A stretch of DNA of 64,000 bases, taken from assembly GCF_001194135.2 (NCBI RefSeq), contig NC_068995.1:1964878-2028877 (forward strand). The letters run 5' to 3'. The notes below the pieces were generated by a model. That model worked only from the letters and a program-made list of their open reading frames with translations, ran no database searches and was not told the origin of the DNA. Position 1 is the first letter of the stretch; the number at the start of each line of letters is the position of its first letter. The DNA comes from Octopus bimaculoides (lineage: Eukaryota). The position numbers and the translations under genes are program-made. Positions 36,982 to 49,163 of this stretch are shown in pieces.

Positions 36982-38767
36982 GTGGTTAGTTAGTTAGATA
37001 GATAGATAGATAGATAGGTTCAATCGCAGCGCCCTTTTTCTTGAATATGCTAGTGTTTAATTTATTTATTATTATTATTATTTTTTTTTTCTGTCTTAAC
37101 TTCAAGTTGGCCAAAACCTTGCGAGTGGAATTTGGTCAGCCAGGCATTTTATGACAAGAAAGCTCCTTTCAAATTCAGGTAAAGTCCAAGCGACGCGCAT
37201 CCAAACAGCTACCTTCTGTCCAACTTCACTAGAAAGGCATGGGTCCATTTGAAACTGTGCTAAAAGAAACTTTCCCAAGATGTCGACCACATCTGAAGGT
37301 TCTAGCAGGGGCAAAGTAATGCTTCTACCTGCGGTCCAAATATCCAGTTTGAAAATATGACAAATTCCACAGTGGGATTTGTCGTAGCCGTAAGCGCCAT
37401 TCGTTGTTGAGGTGCATGTTCGGAATTTCACTGGGAATACATATTCGTACGCGATCCCCGGTCACATGCATACACACTTTCATTGTATGGTTGGACTAGA
37501 AGTGCCGTCTGTGACATCGTATTCTTTGGTCTTTATAGTTTAATGCGGAGAGATTACGGGTCCTGGCGGGGCTGATATATTAAGTGAGGGATCGAATAAT
37601 GTTGATACTGTGTTATTTGCAAACCTATCATAAAAACTTTCTTTCCGTGACCATCCCACTCTACCCCGATCTCTAGAATCCCCTAAGTAGGTCTACATTA
37701 GCCAACGTTTCAATGCTATACTATACAACAGAATCTATGTATAGAATTTAGCCAACACTGTATACATATATATATACGCAGTCGCATATACCCTGTCTTT
37801 ATATATACAACGTCTTTGCAGGTGGAAAAACAGGTGAGATCAATTAGCCTGGTTACAAATGCCGTGTTGGCATTTCACCAGTTTTCCCCTTAACAATCCG
37901 CGGCGACACTCTTTTTGAAGTCACTTTTACTAACAGCTTCACTAAACCAGAATTGACTGATTTGCATAGATAACGCATTCTTAGCAGCTAGTTGGCTTAA
38001 TAAACTACTGCAGCATTAACGATGTTTATTTCAATGTGTCTGACCATCTCTAAGAAGACAGAATGTGATTTCAGGGCGATTTAGCTGCTATTTCTTGCAA
38101 ATCCAGTGCCAACATAGAGGCTGTCTTGTTGGGTCATGATTGCAGTAGTGGTTATGGTTGTGGCTGCTGCTGCTGTTGTTGTTGTTGCTGCTATTACTGT
38201 TGATATAGCTTTATTGCTATTGTTGTTGATACTGTTGTTGGAGCAATTGTTGCTGTTTTTGTGATTATTTTTCTTGTTGTTGTTGTTGTTGTACCAGAAA
38301 ACTCTAATAAAGCCAATTTTTCAGAAAGTGTCATGAAATTAATGTTATTTTAGAATTAGCAAAGCTTTCATTCATTGTCTCTCTGTCTTACTTTCTTCTT
38401 TCTTTCTCTCTCTTTTTCTTTCTTTCATTAACTCACCTTTCAATTCACCAATATTTCTCTTCTTCAGCCCCATCCGTCTTCTCAAATGTACTCAGACACA
38501 CACAAACACACACACACACATACATACACACACATACTCACGCGCCAACATACAAATATGTAATCACACACAACATACACGCTAACACACAACAATCTAC
38601 ACGTTGTCCAACACAGTCACAGCACGCAGGAACAAATACACACACTCACACATGTTCACTAACGCGCATACACACACACGCACACTCACACAGAGAAACA
38701 CATATTCACCAATCCGACACCACCACAACCACCACTGTCACAGCCACCACCACCACCACCACCAAAT

Positions 38768-38915
38768 AGGCTGCCAACTTGGCGGAATCGTTAGAAAGCT
38801 GTACAGACTTCGTGGTATTTGTTCCAACTTTGCGATCTAAGTTCAAATCTAGCCAAAGTCAATTTCTCGTTCAACCTTTCGCGGGTGGCTAATAAAATAT
38901 CTGACAATTCCCGTA
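38768..38915 (+). mobile_element. SINE family B, diverged
   Basis: ggcggaatcgttagaaagctgtacagacttcgtggtatttgttccaactttgcgatctaagttcaaatc. Confidence 0.65.
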
Positions 38916-39319
38916 ATGGCCTACTTGGCTGGTAGACTTACTCCAACACCTACATCAACACCGTCACCTGGAGACCTTTTCGGTGCCTTTAATGGAGTCC
39001 ACTCTGAAGAAAGCATTCAGGCCATATCTCCAGTTAAAGGATACCGATGTTGTTGTTGTTGTAGTTGTTGGTGGTGGTGGTGGCGGCGGCGGTGTTGGTA
39101 GTGGTAGTGGTGGTGACGTTGATAATAGTTTAATAATAATAATACCGGTTTTAGTGATGTTAGTGTTTGTTGTTGTTGCTGATTTAGTGACGTCATCAAT
39201 ACTTTATTTTCTTGAACATAGATAGCAGAGATTTCATATTATGTCAACAAGTCGAGATGAGCTGTGGTTTTTTTCTTCATTTATGAGTGTGGGGTGGTTT
39301 ACGGTAACATCTTTAGGAA

Positions 39320-39490
39320 CCGCAGTAGTTGACATTTAGTCCTTCTTTAAGTTCTAGGTTCAAATTCCGCCAAGGTCGACTTTGCCTCTCATCCCTGCGG
39401 GGTCGATAAAGTAAGTACCAGCTGAACACTGGTGTTGATGTAACTGACCCTCCAAAATTCCAGGACTTGGGCCTAGAGTAGAAATGACTA
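39320..39490 (+). mobile_element. SINE family B
   Basis: gttcaaattccgccaaggtcgactttgcctctcatccctgcggggtcgataaagtaagtaccag. Confidence 0.85.
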
Positions 39491-39559
39491 TTTCTATTTT
39501 TCTGTCATTTATAAAATATTTTATCTTATGATATTAATCTGCAGTGCATAGTTGACATT

Positions 39560-40270
39560 GCTTTGTTCAGTTTTCGTAGGAGTGTCGTGTTTAATAAATT
39601 ATCAATGAATATCAAAAGGATCATCATATCGTTCTTTCAAGTCCCATACATACCTGGTGAATGTTGTAGCGTTCCACTTTCCCTTGTACCTGAATTTAGA
39701 TTTATGTTTGAGTAAACAGTTTTTAAAGGTGCGTTTGTTCATATCAGTATAAACGGGAGTGATCTGCCCGCGATTTCAACTTTGTTTCACTGAAAATTGC
39801 TTTTGTTGAATATGATTTATTAAGGTGGCAACTCCTTTTTCTTTTGCATCAACCTTCAGCTTTGATGTTGTTCGGAGCGATTCTTAGAAGTTTACACAGC
39901 TTTACCTTTGTTACATAATTTGTGATTGCATGGAAAATGGCTTTCAAAAACGCCGGACCAATTGCCAGTCATTTTTCATTTTAAAATTTTTACTGAGGGA
40001 AAGGTAGTTTCTGTTTGTTCTTTGCTGCGTATGCATGGCTAATAAAATGCTTTGCCTTTAAATCCACTTCTCTTTGTAGCATTATGATGATAATGTTAGC
40101 TTTATTGAATGATGCTTCATCTGAGAAGGCGTTATTTTTCTACATATATTGCTAGCTTATTTTTTCAATGTATCTGCATGAGTTTTCATTCGTTTTTTTT
40201 TTCATCTGGTTGATATCTACAGTTCTCTAGGTTTAATGTTATGTCTAGAAAATTTTCATTGCCGGTAATT
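39560..40270 (-). mobile_element. Decayed Penelope-like element (RT end plus GIY-YIG)
   Basis: NFLDITLNLENCRYQP; SDEASFNKA..YHNA.KRSGFKG; RTFKNCLLKHKSKFRY...NATTFTRYVWDLKE. Multiple stops. Confidence 0.75.
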
Positions 40271-41289
40271 GTAACATTAAATCAAATGTGGAAAAAATGT
40301 CTATGTATCTCTCTATCTAACGCACTACTACATAGTTCAAGGTTGCAAAGCCATCATCTCTGTGTCTGGTGCTTTCAATTTTGTTTTAGCGTTTCTAAAA
40401 AGCATAATGTATAAGACAACCAGCTCAAATAACGCGCCCCAGTCGTACCAATCCATTTTTGAATCAAATAAGACCAGTGTTTTTCACAAACGTTGAATCA
40501 TTGTTGAAAACCAGAAATTTTATAGCGTTCATTATTATTTTAACATCATTTCTATTAATGATGGCACACATCTTTCTGTATTCTAATTCATCTGTGAGAA
40601 ACGGTTTGGCAATTAACGAGTAGCACTCGGCAATGTCGAATCGAGTGAAATCTTATCTAGTTTTGCATTTTGATAAGAGTCTGATGAAACAGTACGGTGA
40701 AAGTGCTGAATGTAGGTGAAACAATAAGTAAGGTGTAATGTTTTACTGTAGGTGGTGGTTGTGGTGGCGGCGGCGGTGGTGGTGTAGGTGATACAATACA
40801 GAGGGTGTAGAGGGTGACTGTAGGCGGAGTAAAGTAGATGCTGCCAAAATCTTGTTAAATTGACAGAATATAAAAAAGACAATAAAAGTAAAATCCTAAT
40901 GACTTCAGTTTCTTGGCAATGTGGAAACATTTAACCTAATTTTCTTTCGTGTTTGTCGTTGTTGTTGCTCTGTTTATTATTTTTATTTTTTGTATTTTGT
41001 GGTTTTTATTGTTTCCCTGGTACTACTGTCGTTGCTGCTTTTGTTGTTGTTGCGTCTGTTACTTTTGAGTTTTTCTTATGTTGTTGTTTTTGTTTTGTTA
41101 TTGTTGTTCTTGTATTTGCTCTTGTTCTTGTTTGTGTTGTTATTGCTGTTGTTGTCGTTGTTTCTTTTATTGTTTTTGTTGATTATTTTGCTGTTTTCGT
41201 TTATATTATTGTTGTTGTCGCAAAAGAAGACAAAACACGACACATACCGATTTGTTTAATGTTTCATAGATAAATCCTGATGTTGTGGC

Positions 41290-41400
41290 ATTCACACCTT
41301 TCCCTGAAATATTTTCCACGCAAGAGAAACGAAACTTCCTCGACGGTGGATCGAACCCAGGCTGCGGATTCAGCTTGCCGATATCTAACTTCACACCTTA
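41290..41400 (-). mobile_element. tRNA-like SINE head of a further family
   Basis: ggtgtgaagttagatatcggcaagctgaatccgcagcctgggttcgatccacc (B-box GGTTCGATCC). No intact cloverleaf. Confidence 0.45.
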
Positions 41401-41454
41401 TACACTCAGTTCTAATAAATGATGCTATTGTTAGCGTTATTGCTATTATTTTCT

Positions 41455-41655
41455 AAGGCAGCGAGATGTTGCTAAGAAGCATTTCTTCGTGTTCTGAGTT
41501 CAAATCCCGCCGAAGTCGACTTAACCTTTGTTGCTTCTTGTCTTATTATTTTTTTTTTTTGGTCGATACAATAAATACCTGTTGAGGGTTGGGTGTCAAT
41601 GTAATTGACTTACTCCCCCCCCCCCTTACGTCGCTGGGCTTGTACCTAAATTTGG
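41455..41655 (+). mobile_element. SINE family B
   Basis: ttctgagttcaaatcccgccgaagtcgac...ggtcgatacaataaatacc...gtcaatgtaattgactta. Confidence 0.75.
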
Positions 41656-41834
41656 AAGTTATTATTTGAAAAGGAAAGTGGGGGTGGAGAAAGAGGTGCA
41701 GTGCTCGAGTAAGTTTATTGAAAGGTGGGTCAAAGCTGCGAAAAGGGCAAGAGTGGAATGGTACTGCTCTAAGAATAGGTCTGTGAATCGGAGAAAAGGA
41801 AATAGATATAAATTTATATATATTTTGATGGCAA

Positions 41835-42000
41835 AATCCTTGTAGAAAATGTCTTGCGTTATTTATTCCGTTACGTCATGTTCGAATTTCTCCGAGGTCC
41901 ACTTCCATTTGCCTTCATCCAGGTAAAATAAAGTACTCTTCAAGTATTAGAGGCAATGCTTTCGATGAAGCCCCTCCTCTCAAAATTTCTGCCTACATCT
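41835..42000 (+). mobile_element. SINE family B, diverged
   Basis: aaaatgtcttgcgttatttattccg...gttcgaatttctccgaggtccac...taaaataaagtac. Confidence 0.6.
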
Positions 42001-42034
42001 GAAAGTATCCTTACTGTTGTTCATGTTATGATGG

Positions 42035-42135
42035 TGAGCTGTCAGAGTTGTTTGAGCGTCAGACAAAATGTCTTCCAATATATATTCCGGCTCTTTACAT
42101 TCTGAGTTCAAATTCCACCGTGGTCAACTTCTCCC
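42035..42135 (+). mobile_element. SINE family B, 5' part
   Basis: ggtgagctgtcagagttgtttgagcgtcagacaaaatgtc...ttccggctctttacattctgagttcaaattccaccgtggtcaactt. Confidence 0.8.
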
Positions 42136-42206
42136 AACGTCCGAGAGTAAATTCTCCAATGGACCAATATTACCGCCATTGCTGCTGCTGCTGCTACTAC
42201 TGCCGT

Positions 42207-42251
<45 letters not shown>

Positions 42252-42281
42252 CACTACTACTACTACTACAATTCAATTAGT

Positions 42282-42352
<71 letters not shown>

Positions 42353-42418
42353 CTATGTGTGTGTACGTATGTACCTATGTATATACGTGTGTATGTATGC
42401 AAGCATGTCTGTATATAC

Positions 42419-42464
<46 letters not shown>

Positions 42465-43074
42465 GCATACACACATGCTTATATGCTAACATACATACAT
42501 GAATACATACATACATTGCATGCATAACATGCGTATGTATACGTATCCACAACACATGTATGCGTATGTCAATGCATATGTCCGTATGCATGCATGTTTT
42601 TATGTGTGTGTGTCTGATTGTGCATGTATGTATTTACAGCTATATATAATCAAACACACACACACTCACTTTCACACAAGCACACACACCTGTATATAAA
42701 ATCAATATTAACACAGACACACGCAGATGAAAATACATTGACATACACACATAGAGACACACATTTAAACACACAGACCACTCGTTAGTGCCCAATGTCC
42801 AGCACCACCTCCGCCGCCACCACCACAACCACCACTTCTACTACTACTTCCTCCGCCACCACCACCACCACCACAACTACCACCTTTACTACTACCACCA
42901 CCACCACCACCACCACTACTACCAAACTGACCAGTGTCAATCAACCCTAATCCTCCAACAAGATCCAACCTGTCTGTCCAGTGTAAATATTTGTCGTCAA
43001 CCATTGATGGCTTGGTCTTAGTAGCTGCCCTTATTAGCTGAGAGGTCAGTCTATTTATGCCGACAGGAATCATA

Positions 43075-43182
43075 AACTATAGGCTCTGAACCATACCCTA
43101 CTGTTGTTCAAACTATAGGCTATAATTCTTCCCCTGCTATTGTTGAAAATATAGGCTATCGCCATACTTGCTGCTATAAGTG
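43075..43182. repeat. Degenerate 36-bp minisatellite (3 clear units plus remnants)
   Basis: aactataggc at 43075, aactataggc at 43111, aaatataggc at 43147. Confidence 0.65.
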
Positions 43183-43254
43183 AACGGTCATCTTATTCTT
43201 AGGCCATCTACTATCAATGCTTCAACTAGGGGCCCTCTTCTGCTGTTGTCAATA

Positions 43255-43475
43255 AGGCGTCGACGCGGTAGAATCGTTAGCATGCCGGACAAAATGCTTA
43301 GCGGCATTTCGTCCGTCTTTACGCCCTGAATTCAAATTCCGCCAAGGTCGACTTTTCCTTTCATTCTTTCGGTGTTAATAAAATAAGTACTCGCTGAGCA
43401 AACCAGGGTCGATTCAATCAACTTGTACCCCGCCCCGTCTCCCGGAATAGCTGTCCTTGTGTTAAAATTTGAAAC
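43255..43475 (+). mobile_element. SINE family B
   Basis: gtagaatcgttagcatgccggacaaaatgcttagcggcatttcgtccgtctttacg...ccgccaaggtcgac. Confidence 0.9.
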
Positions 43476-43976
43476 CGATATTTCTCCGATGTGTTTTGTG
43501 GCCATGAAAATATAATCTGTTTTTAAAGTGGGGTTTTTTTTATAATAGAAAGCAGTTTATAACAAAAAGTAAATATAAAAGTACGAAGAAACTATTGAAA
43601 ATAAGATTAAGAAATTAATCTTAATTAACTTCATTTATGTTTATAATTAAAATCATTCTCTGACCTAATTTGTGCAGACATTCTGTTATATAGGTTTAGG
43701 CATGGCTGTCTGATTAGGAATTATAGTTCGTAAAGATGAAGTCTTAGGATCGATCCCACTTGGTGGTACATTGAGCAATTGTCTTGTTTTATGGTTTCAA
43801 ATTAACCAAAACTTGTACATATCTTCTCAGCCATTGTTGGGATTTTGCTTTGTCTATTTCTTTTCTGTTTAGTTTAATCCAGTATTTGCCATGAAGAGGC
43901 TTTTCTTGTCATCGTTTCATCGTGATACGCTGTCGTTCCAGTTTTAGTTTGGATTTCAGTTTTTTTACAGCTTATT

Positions 43977-44035
<59 letters not shown>

Positions 44036-44055
44036 TATCATTATTATTATTATTA

Positions 44056-44260
44056 AGATTGCGAGCTGGTAGAGTTGTTAGCATGCTGGGCAAAATGTTT
44101 AGCGACATTTCGCCCGTCGTTACTTTCTGAGCTCAAAATTCCGCCCAGATCGACTTTGCCTTTCGGGGTCGATAAAATAAGAACCAGTTGAGTAACGGGG
44201 ACGATGTAATCGACTTACCCTGCTCCCGGGAACTACTGGCTTTGTGCCAAAATTGGAAAT
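44056..44260 (+). mobile_element. SINE family B inserted after (ATC)n(ATT)n
   Basis: gcgagctggtagagttgttagcatgctgggcaaaatg...cgactttgcctttcggggtcgataaaataagaaccag. Confidence 0.9.
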
Positions 44261-44914
44261 CATCGTCGTCGTCGTTGTTGTTGTTTCTAGCTGGAGACTA
44301 CAGGTCACCGACGTCCATTCAGTCACAATATTGCTTTAAGACTTCCACGAAATAATTATGAGACCAACTAATCGACCGACCGCCATAACTGAAGGATAAG
44401 CTTAAACAATAATCCACCTGATGTTTTTCTTTTCTAAGTACTATTTACCTTGACGCTGGTTGTGAAAGCTGTGTTTTAAGTGTGGCATGGTGCGTTGTGG
44501 TGGTAATTTGGTGAGGCGGGTTCGGCTCAGAATTCATCGTTTAATCCGGGGAAGAGACATAGAGCAACTGACACTCTTTACATACGTTCTCGGGTAGCAG
44601 AGTCGGGTGGGATCTTTCAGCCTGGACTTACAGAAGTTTATTTTTGGAGGCAACATGTGAATATGTTTCTGGAGAGGAGTTTCACTATATATTCATCCAT
44701 TCCGAACTCTTAGATTATTTCCAATTTTATTTTGATAAAGTGACACTTTCCCGAAATATCATACAAGCAACCTGTACTGGATAATACAATATCTTATCTT
44801 TGCTTTTATTTATTAGCCTCGCCTAACATTTTTTGCCTTAGCTTCTCAATTGCTTTACTTTAAAGTTCTTCGTTAAAATATTTCTAATGTTTTATTAAAT
44901 ATATTTTTAACTTT

Positions 44915-45308
44915 TACTTGTTTTATTGCACTTTTGGCGCACAAACTGGATGGGATTGGGTTTAGTTAAACAAATCGATCCTAGCACTTATTTTTAAAGT
45001 CTGCTACGTATTCTATCAGTTCTTTTGCCGAGCTGATATACTGCGAAGACGTAAAAAAAAACAACACCGATTATCAAGCGGTATGTGGGGAAAACACATA
45101 CACACTTGTATAATACTTACGGACATACACACACAAACACAAGACTGGCTTCTATACAGTTTCCGCCTACCACATTCCATTACAGACTATTAGTCGTCCC
45201 AGGGCTATAGTAAAAGACACTTACCCAAGGGGCTGCCCACTGTGAGTGAACCTAGAATCACGTGCTCGCAAAGTGACAATCTTAAACATACGGCCATACC
45301 TGCGCCTA
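44915..45308 (-). mobile_element. SINE family A, full length
   Basis: Runs from cttttacttgtt through tctatcagttcttttgccgag to cagtttccgcctaccacattcc...catacggccatacctgcgcc. Confidence 0.85.
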
Positions 45309-46401
45309 TTTATTTATTTATCCATTTGTTTATTTTGCTAGAAAACGTATTTTAAAATATAATCATTGTACGTCGCTTATATTATATTTCTAGGACAAAT
45401 CGTGACCTCCGCTAACATTCCATGAGATCCTCTTGACAAACTTTACAAGTACATTCTTATAAATATAATAGATAGAACAGCCATTTAATATTACGTGAAC
45501 CAAATGCACCCTGGTCGCAGAAGAGAAAAAAATAAGTCATGAAAAAGCGAAAGAAAATCTTCCTTGAAGAGAAAGCAATGTATATTATACACAACAACGA
45601 ACCGCATGTAAGAATATATTACAAACAAAAAATGGAAAAAAAGGTGGGGAGAAATATAAGACGACAAAAGAAGATTTGAAAGCTCTTTCATCAACACTAC
45701 AGGTTGAAGAAATGAACGTCACATGAACGCTATTAGGATACAATGTAAACATGTGAAAATATAAACTTCACACACACTCACACACACATACACATGCACA
45801 TACGCACACACACACACATGTACTCACGAACATATATATACACATCTATCTATCTAAATATATACATACACATATACATATATATATATATATANNNNNN
45901 NNNNNNNNNNNNNNNNNNNNNNNNNNNNNNNNNNNNNNNNNNNNNNNNNNNNNNNNNNNNNNNNNNNNNNNNNNNNNNNNNNNNNNNNNNNNNNNNNNNN
46001 NNNNNNNNNNNNNNNNNNNNNNNNNNNNNNNNNNNNNNNNNNNNNNNNNNNNNNNNNNNNNNNNNNNNNNNNNNNNNNNNNNNNNNNNNNNNNNNNNNNN
46101 NNNNNNNNNNNNNNNNNNNNNNNNNNNNNNNNNNNNNNNNNNNNNNNNNNNNNNNNNNNNNNNNNNNNNNNNNNNNNNNNNNNNNNNNNNNNNNNNNNNN
46201 NNNNNNNNNNNNNNNNNNNNNNNNNNNNNNNNNNNNNNNNNNNNNNNNNNNNNNNNNNNNNNNNNNNNNNNNNNNNNNNNNNNNNNNNNNNNNNNNNNNN
46301 NNNNNNNNNNNNNNNNNNNNNNNNNNNNNNNNNNNNNNNNNNNNNNNNNNNNNNNNNNNNNNNNNNATATATATATATATATTACATATGCATACATATA
46401 T

Positions 46402-46432
<31 letters not shown>

Positions 46433-46433
<1 letters not shown>

Positions 46434-46920
46434 GAAGATTGACATGGCTTACTGCGAGAGGCCACAAGAACTGAAGTTCTACGCCTTGGAGAGATGGTGA
46501 GAAAGGTATGCAGTAATATACATATGGAAGATCCTGGAAGGTTTAGCTCCCAACTTAGGAATGAAAAGCTATACCAACCACCGAACTGGACGGCACTGTA
46601 AAATACCAAAGATATTGTCTTCTTCATCTCGGATAAAGACCCAGTATTGCAACAGCTTGGGCTTCAGGGGTCCACAACTGTTTGACATCCCGCCAAAGAA
46701 CGTCGGAGATCTGCAAAGTGTGGAGACGTTCCAAAAGCACAAATGTCCACCTGAATTCCCAAATGAGCGCACATCGCGGAAGGAGGCACAACGAAGAGCA
46801 GCTTCGTCCAACTCGCTTCTTCACCAAAGACAGAACCGAAAGGAGACCCCAAAATACTGAAAGGCGGTTCTTTAGCATGGTCCCAGCCTTTGGCGGGAAC
46901 CAGTAAAAGAATAAAAGAAA
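46433..46920 (+). mobile_element. CR1-like LINE 3' end
   Basis: YCERPQELKFYALERW*ERYAVIYIWKILEGLAPN.G...NHRTGRHC..P....NSLGFRGPQLFD..P....RAASSNSLLHQ, followed by a 3' hairpin (tcccagcctttggcggga) and an A-rich tail. Confidence 0.85.
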
Positions 46921-47534
46921 GCATACATACACATATATACCTGTATGTATGTATGTATTCTTTGAAGAGTATATGTGTGCGTGTGCGCGCGTTTCACGAA
47001 AGTGCGTTTAGCAATTAGTACCATTCTATCGAGGTGTCAATGTCAGCGACCCAGTTTCAATTCACGTCCCGATCTCTTTTGTATTCGCTTTTAAAAGCGG
47101 ATTCCTCTTTCATATACGTTTTTTTTTTTCCATATTTCGTAAGATTACACAAACGCCCCTGTCCCCCACCCCACACAAACACTGATATGCATGCTTATTT
47201 TGTGCACAAAATACTGGTCTATACAATCTCTTGAATAATCTACGTGTGCATATATGTATATATACACACACAACACACATATGTCTGTGTCTGTGTATAA
47301 TGTCTGACCCGCATCAATTGAAAGAGCTGGCCTTGGCTTACTCTTTCTCGTTGCTTCCACCCCCCACCTTACGTTAAACTTTTAAAGTACTTCTTGAATA
47401 TATGCGTCCATTTCCCTTGCACTGCTCTATTGACCAGAAGGTCGAAATACTCATTTACAAACAACAGCAGAAGAGTCATGCGTATGTACATATGGGTGGA
47501 TACGTGTGTGTGTGGGGGGAGGGTAGATAGAGGC

Positions 47535-47735
47535 CAGCATAGCTGTGAAGTTAAGAAGCTTGCATGACAATCACATAGCTTTGGTTCGATACCAGTGTAT
47601 CACCTCTTGGGAAAGTTGCTTTGTACTATAGCCCTGGGACGACCAACGCCTTATGCTTGGATCTAGTAGACGGAAACTGTAAAGAAGCCCGTCCTATATC
47701 TATATGTGTGTAAGTGTGTGTGTGAGATTTGCATG

Positions 47736-47785
<50 letters not shown>

Positions 47786-47995
47786 GTGTACGTGTGAGTG
47801 TCTGTGTTGTGTTTGCCTCTCTCACCACCATCGCAAGACAAACGACGTTAGTTTGTTTACATCCCTGCAATCGAAAGAATAAGCTTCAGGCTTTTTGAAA
47901 AATAAGTACAGGTGTCGGTTTGTTCGACTGAATCATTCAAAGTTCTGCTCCAGCATGGCCGCAGTGTAATGACTAAAATAAGTAAAAGGATAAAA
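47535..47995 (+). mobile_element. SINE family A, full length, with internal (GT)n
   Basis: agcatagctgtgaagttaagaagcttgc...ctagtagacggaaactgtaaagaagcccgtc...ctccagcatggccgcagtgtaatgactaaaataagtaaaagga. Confidence 0.85.
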
Positions 47996-48460
47996 GATGC
48001 ACCATATTTTATCGTCTTATAAAAATCTCCCGCAGTTTGAGTCGGATTTTTCTTGGATCACCAGAAGCCAGAAACACAAACTTTGACTTTGTTATTAAAG
48101 CTTGCAGGGCATTTCATTTGTGTGTTTGTGTGTGTGTGTGTGTGCGCGCGCGCGCGCGTGTATGGAGGTATTTATGCATAATTTGTGTTACCTTTCTGGA
48201 ACCCAAGGTTTCTTGCTGACGAAAATCAGTATCTGTTCAACCTGAATGCAAATCAGAAATGACACTCTGCTAGTGTGTGGGGGGTTAGGGTTAGGGTGTG
48301 AGTGTGTGAGTGTGTGTTTGTGTGCATAATTATGTAAGTGTATCAGTATACATCTAACACCTGCTCAAATGGAAATGGAGCTACAAACACATCTACATAC
48401 AAACGAACATATGCTCACCACACACACAGGTGTGTGTGTGTATATATATATGAATATATG

Positions 48461-48501
<41 letters not shown>

Positions 48502-49009
48502 GCACGCACATATACACATACACACACACACATAAATATAATGCCATATTTTCTCCGTGTCAAATAAATTTCATTATTTTAGAAGTTTCCATGTAGTGTA
48601 ACATTTCGATATACGAATTTAATCCAAGGTCTTTGAAATCGTTGCAAAATTTATTTAACAGAGATTATGATATTTTCTATGACTCTACGAATATCGGTCG
48701 ACATTACATAAACGTACGCGCATGTGTGCGTCTATGGGGTGAGGTGGGGAGGAACGCTTTGTGAGGATATGGATGCGTTTTTGAGTGCAATATGTCACCT
48801 TTATCACATGGAACAAGCAAATAATAAGTGACTTCCAAGAAAGACCTCCTGGCCGAGTTACCTCGCTTATATATATATTGACTGTAATAAAAATACAGAC
48901 AGACACATACATGCAAAGAGAAAGAAGCACATCATAAGCATACATGTATATACATATCTATACACATGCAGTTAATCTTGTTTACGCTTCATAATCACGA
49001 ACAAACGCG

Positions 49010-49040
<31 letters not shown>

Positions 49041-49056
49041 TTATCTATCTATGTCC

Positions 49057-49090
<34 letters not shown>

Positions 49091-49131
49091 GTCTATCTAT
49101 CTATCTAGCTATCTGTCTATCTATCCATCCC

Positions 49132-49163
<32 letters not shown>

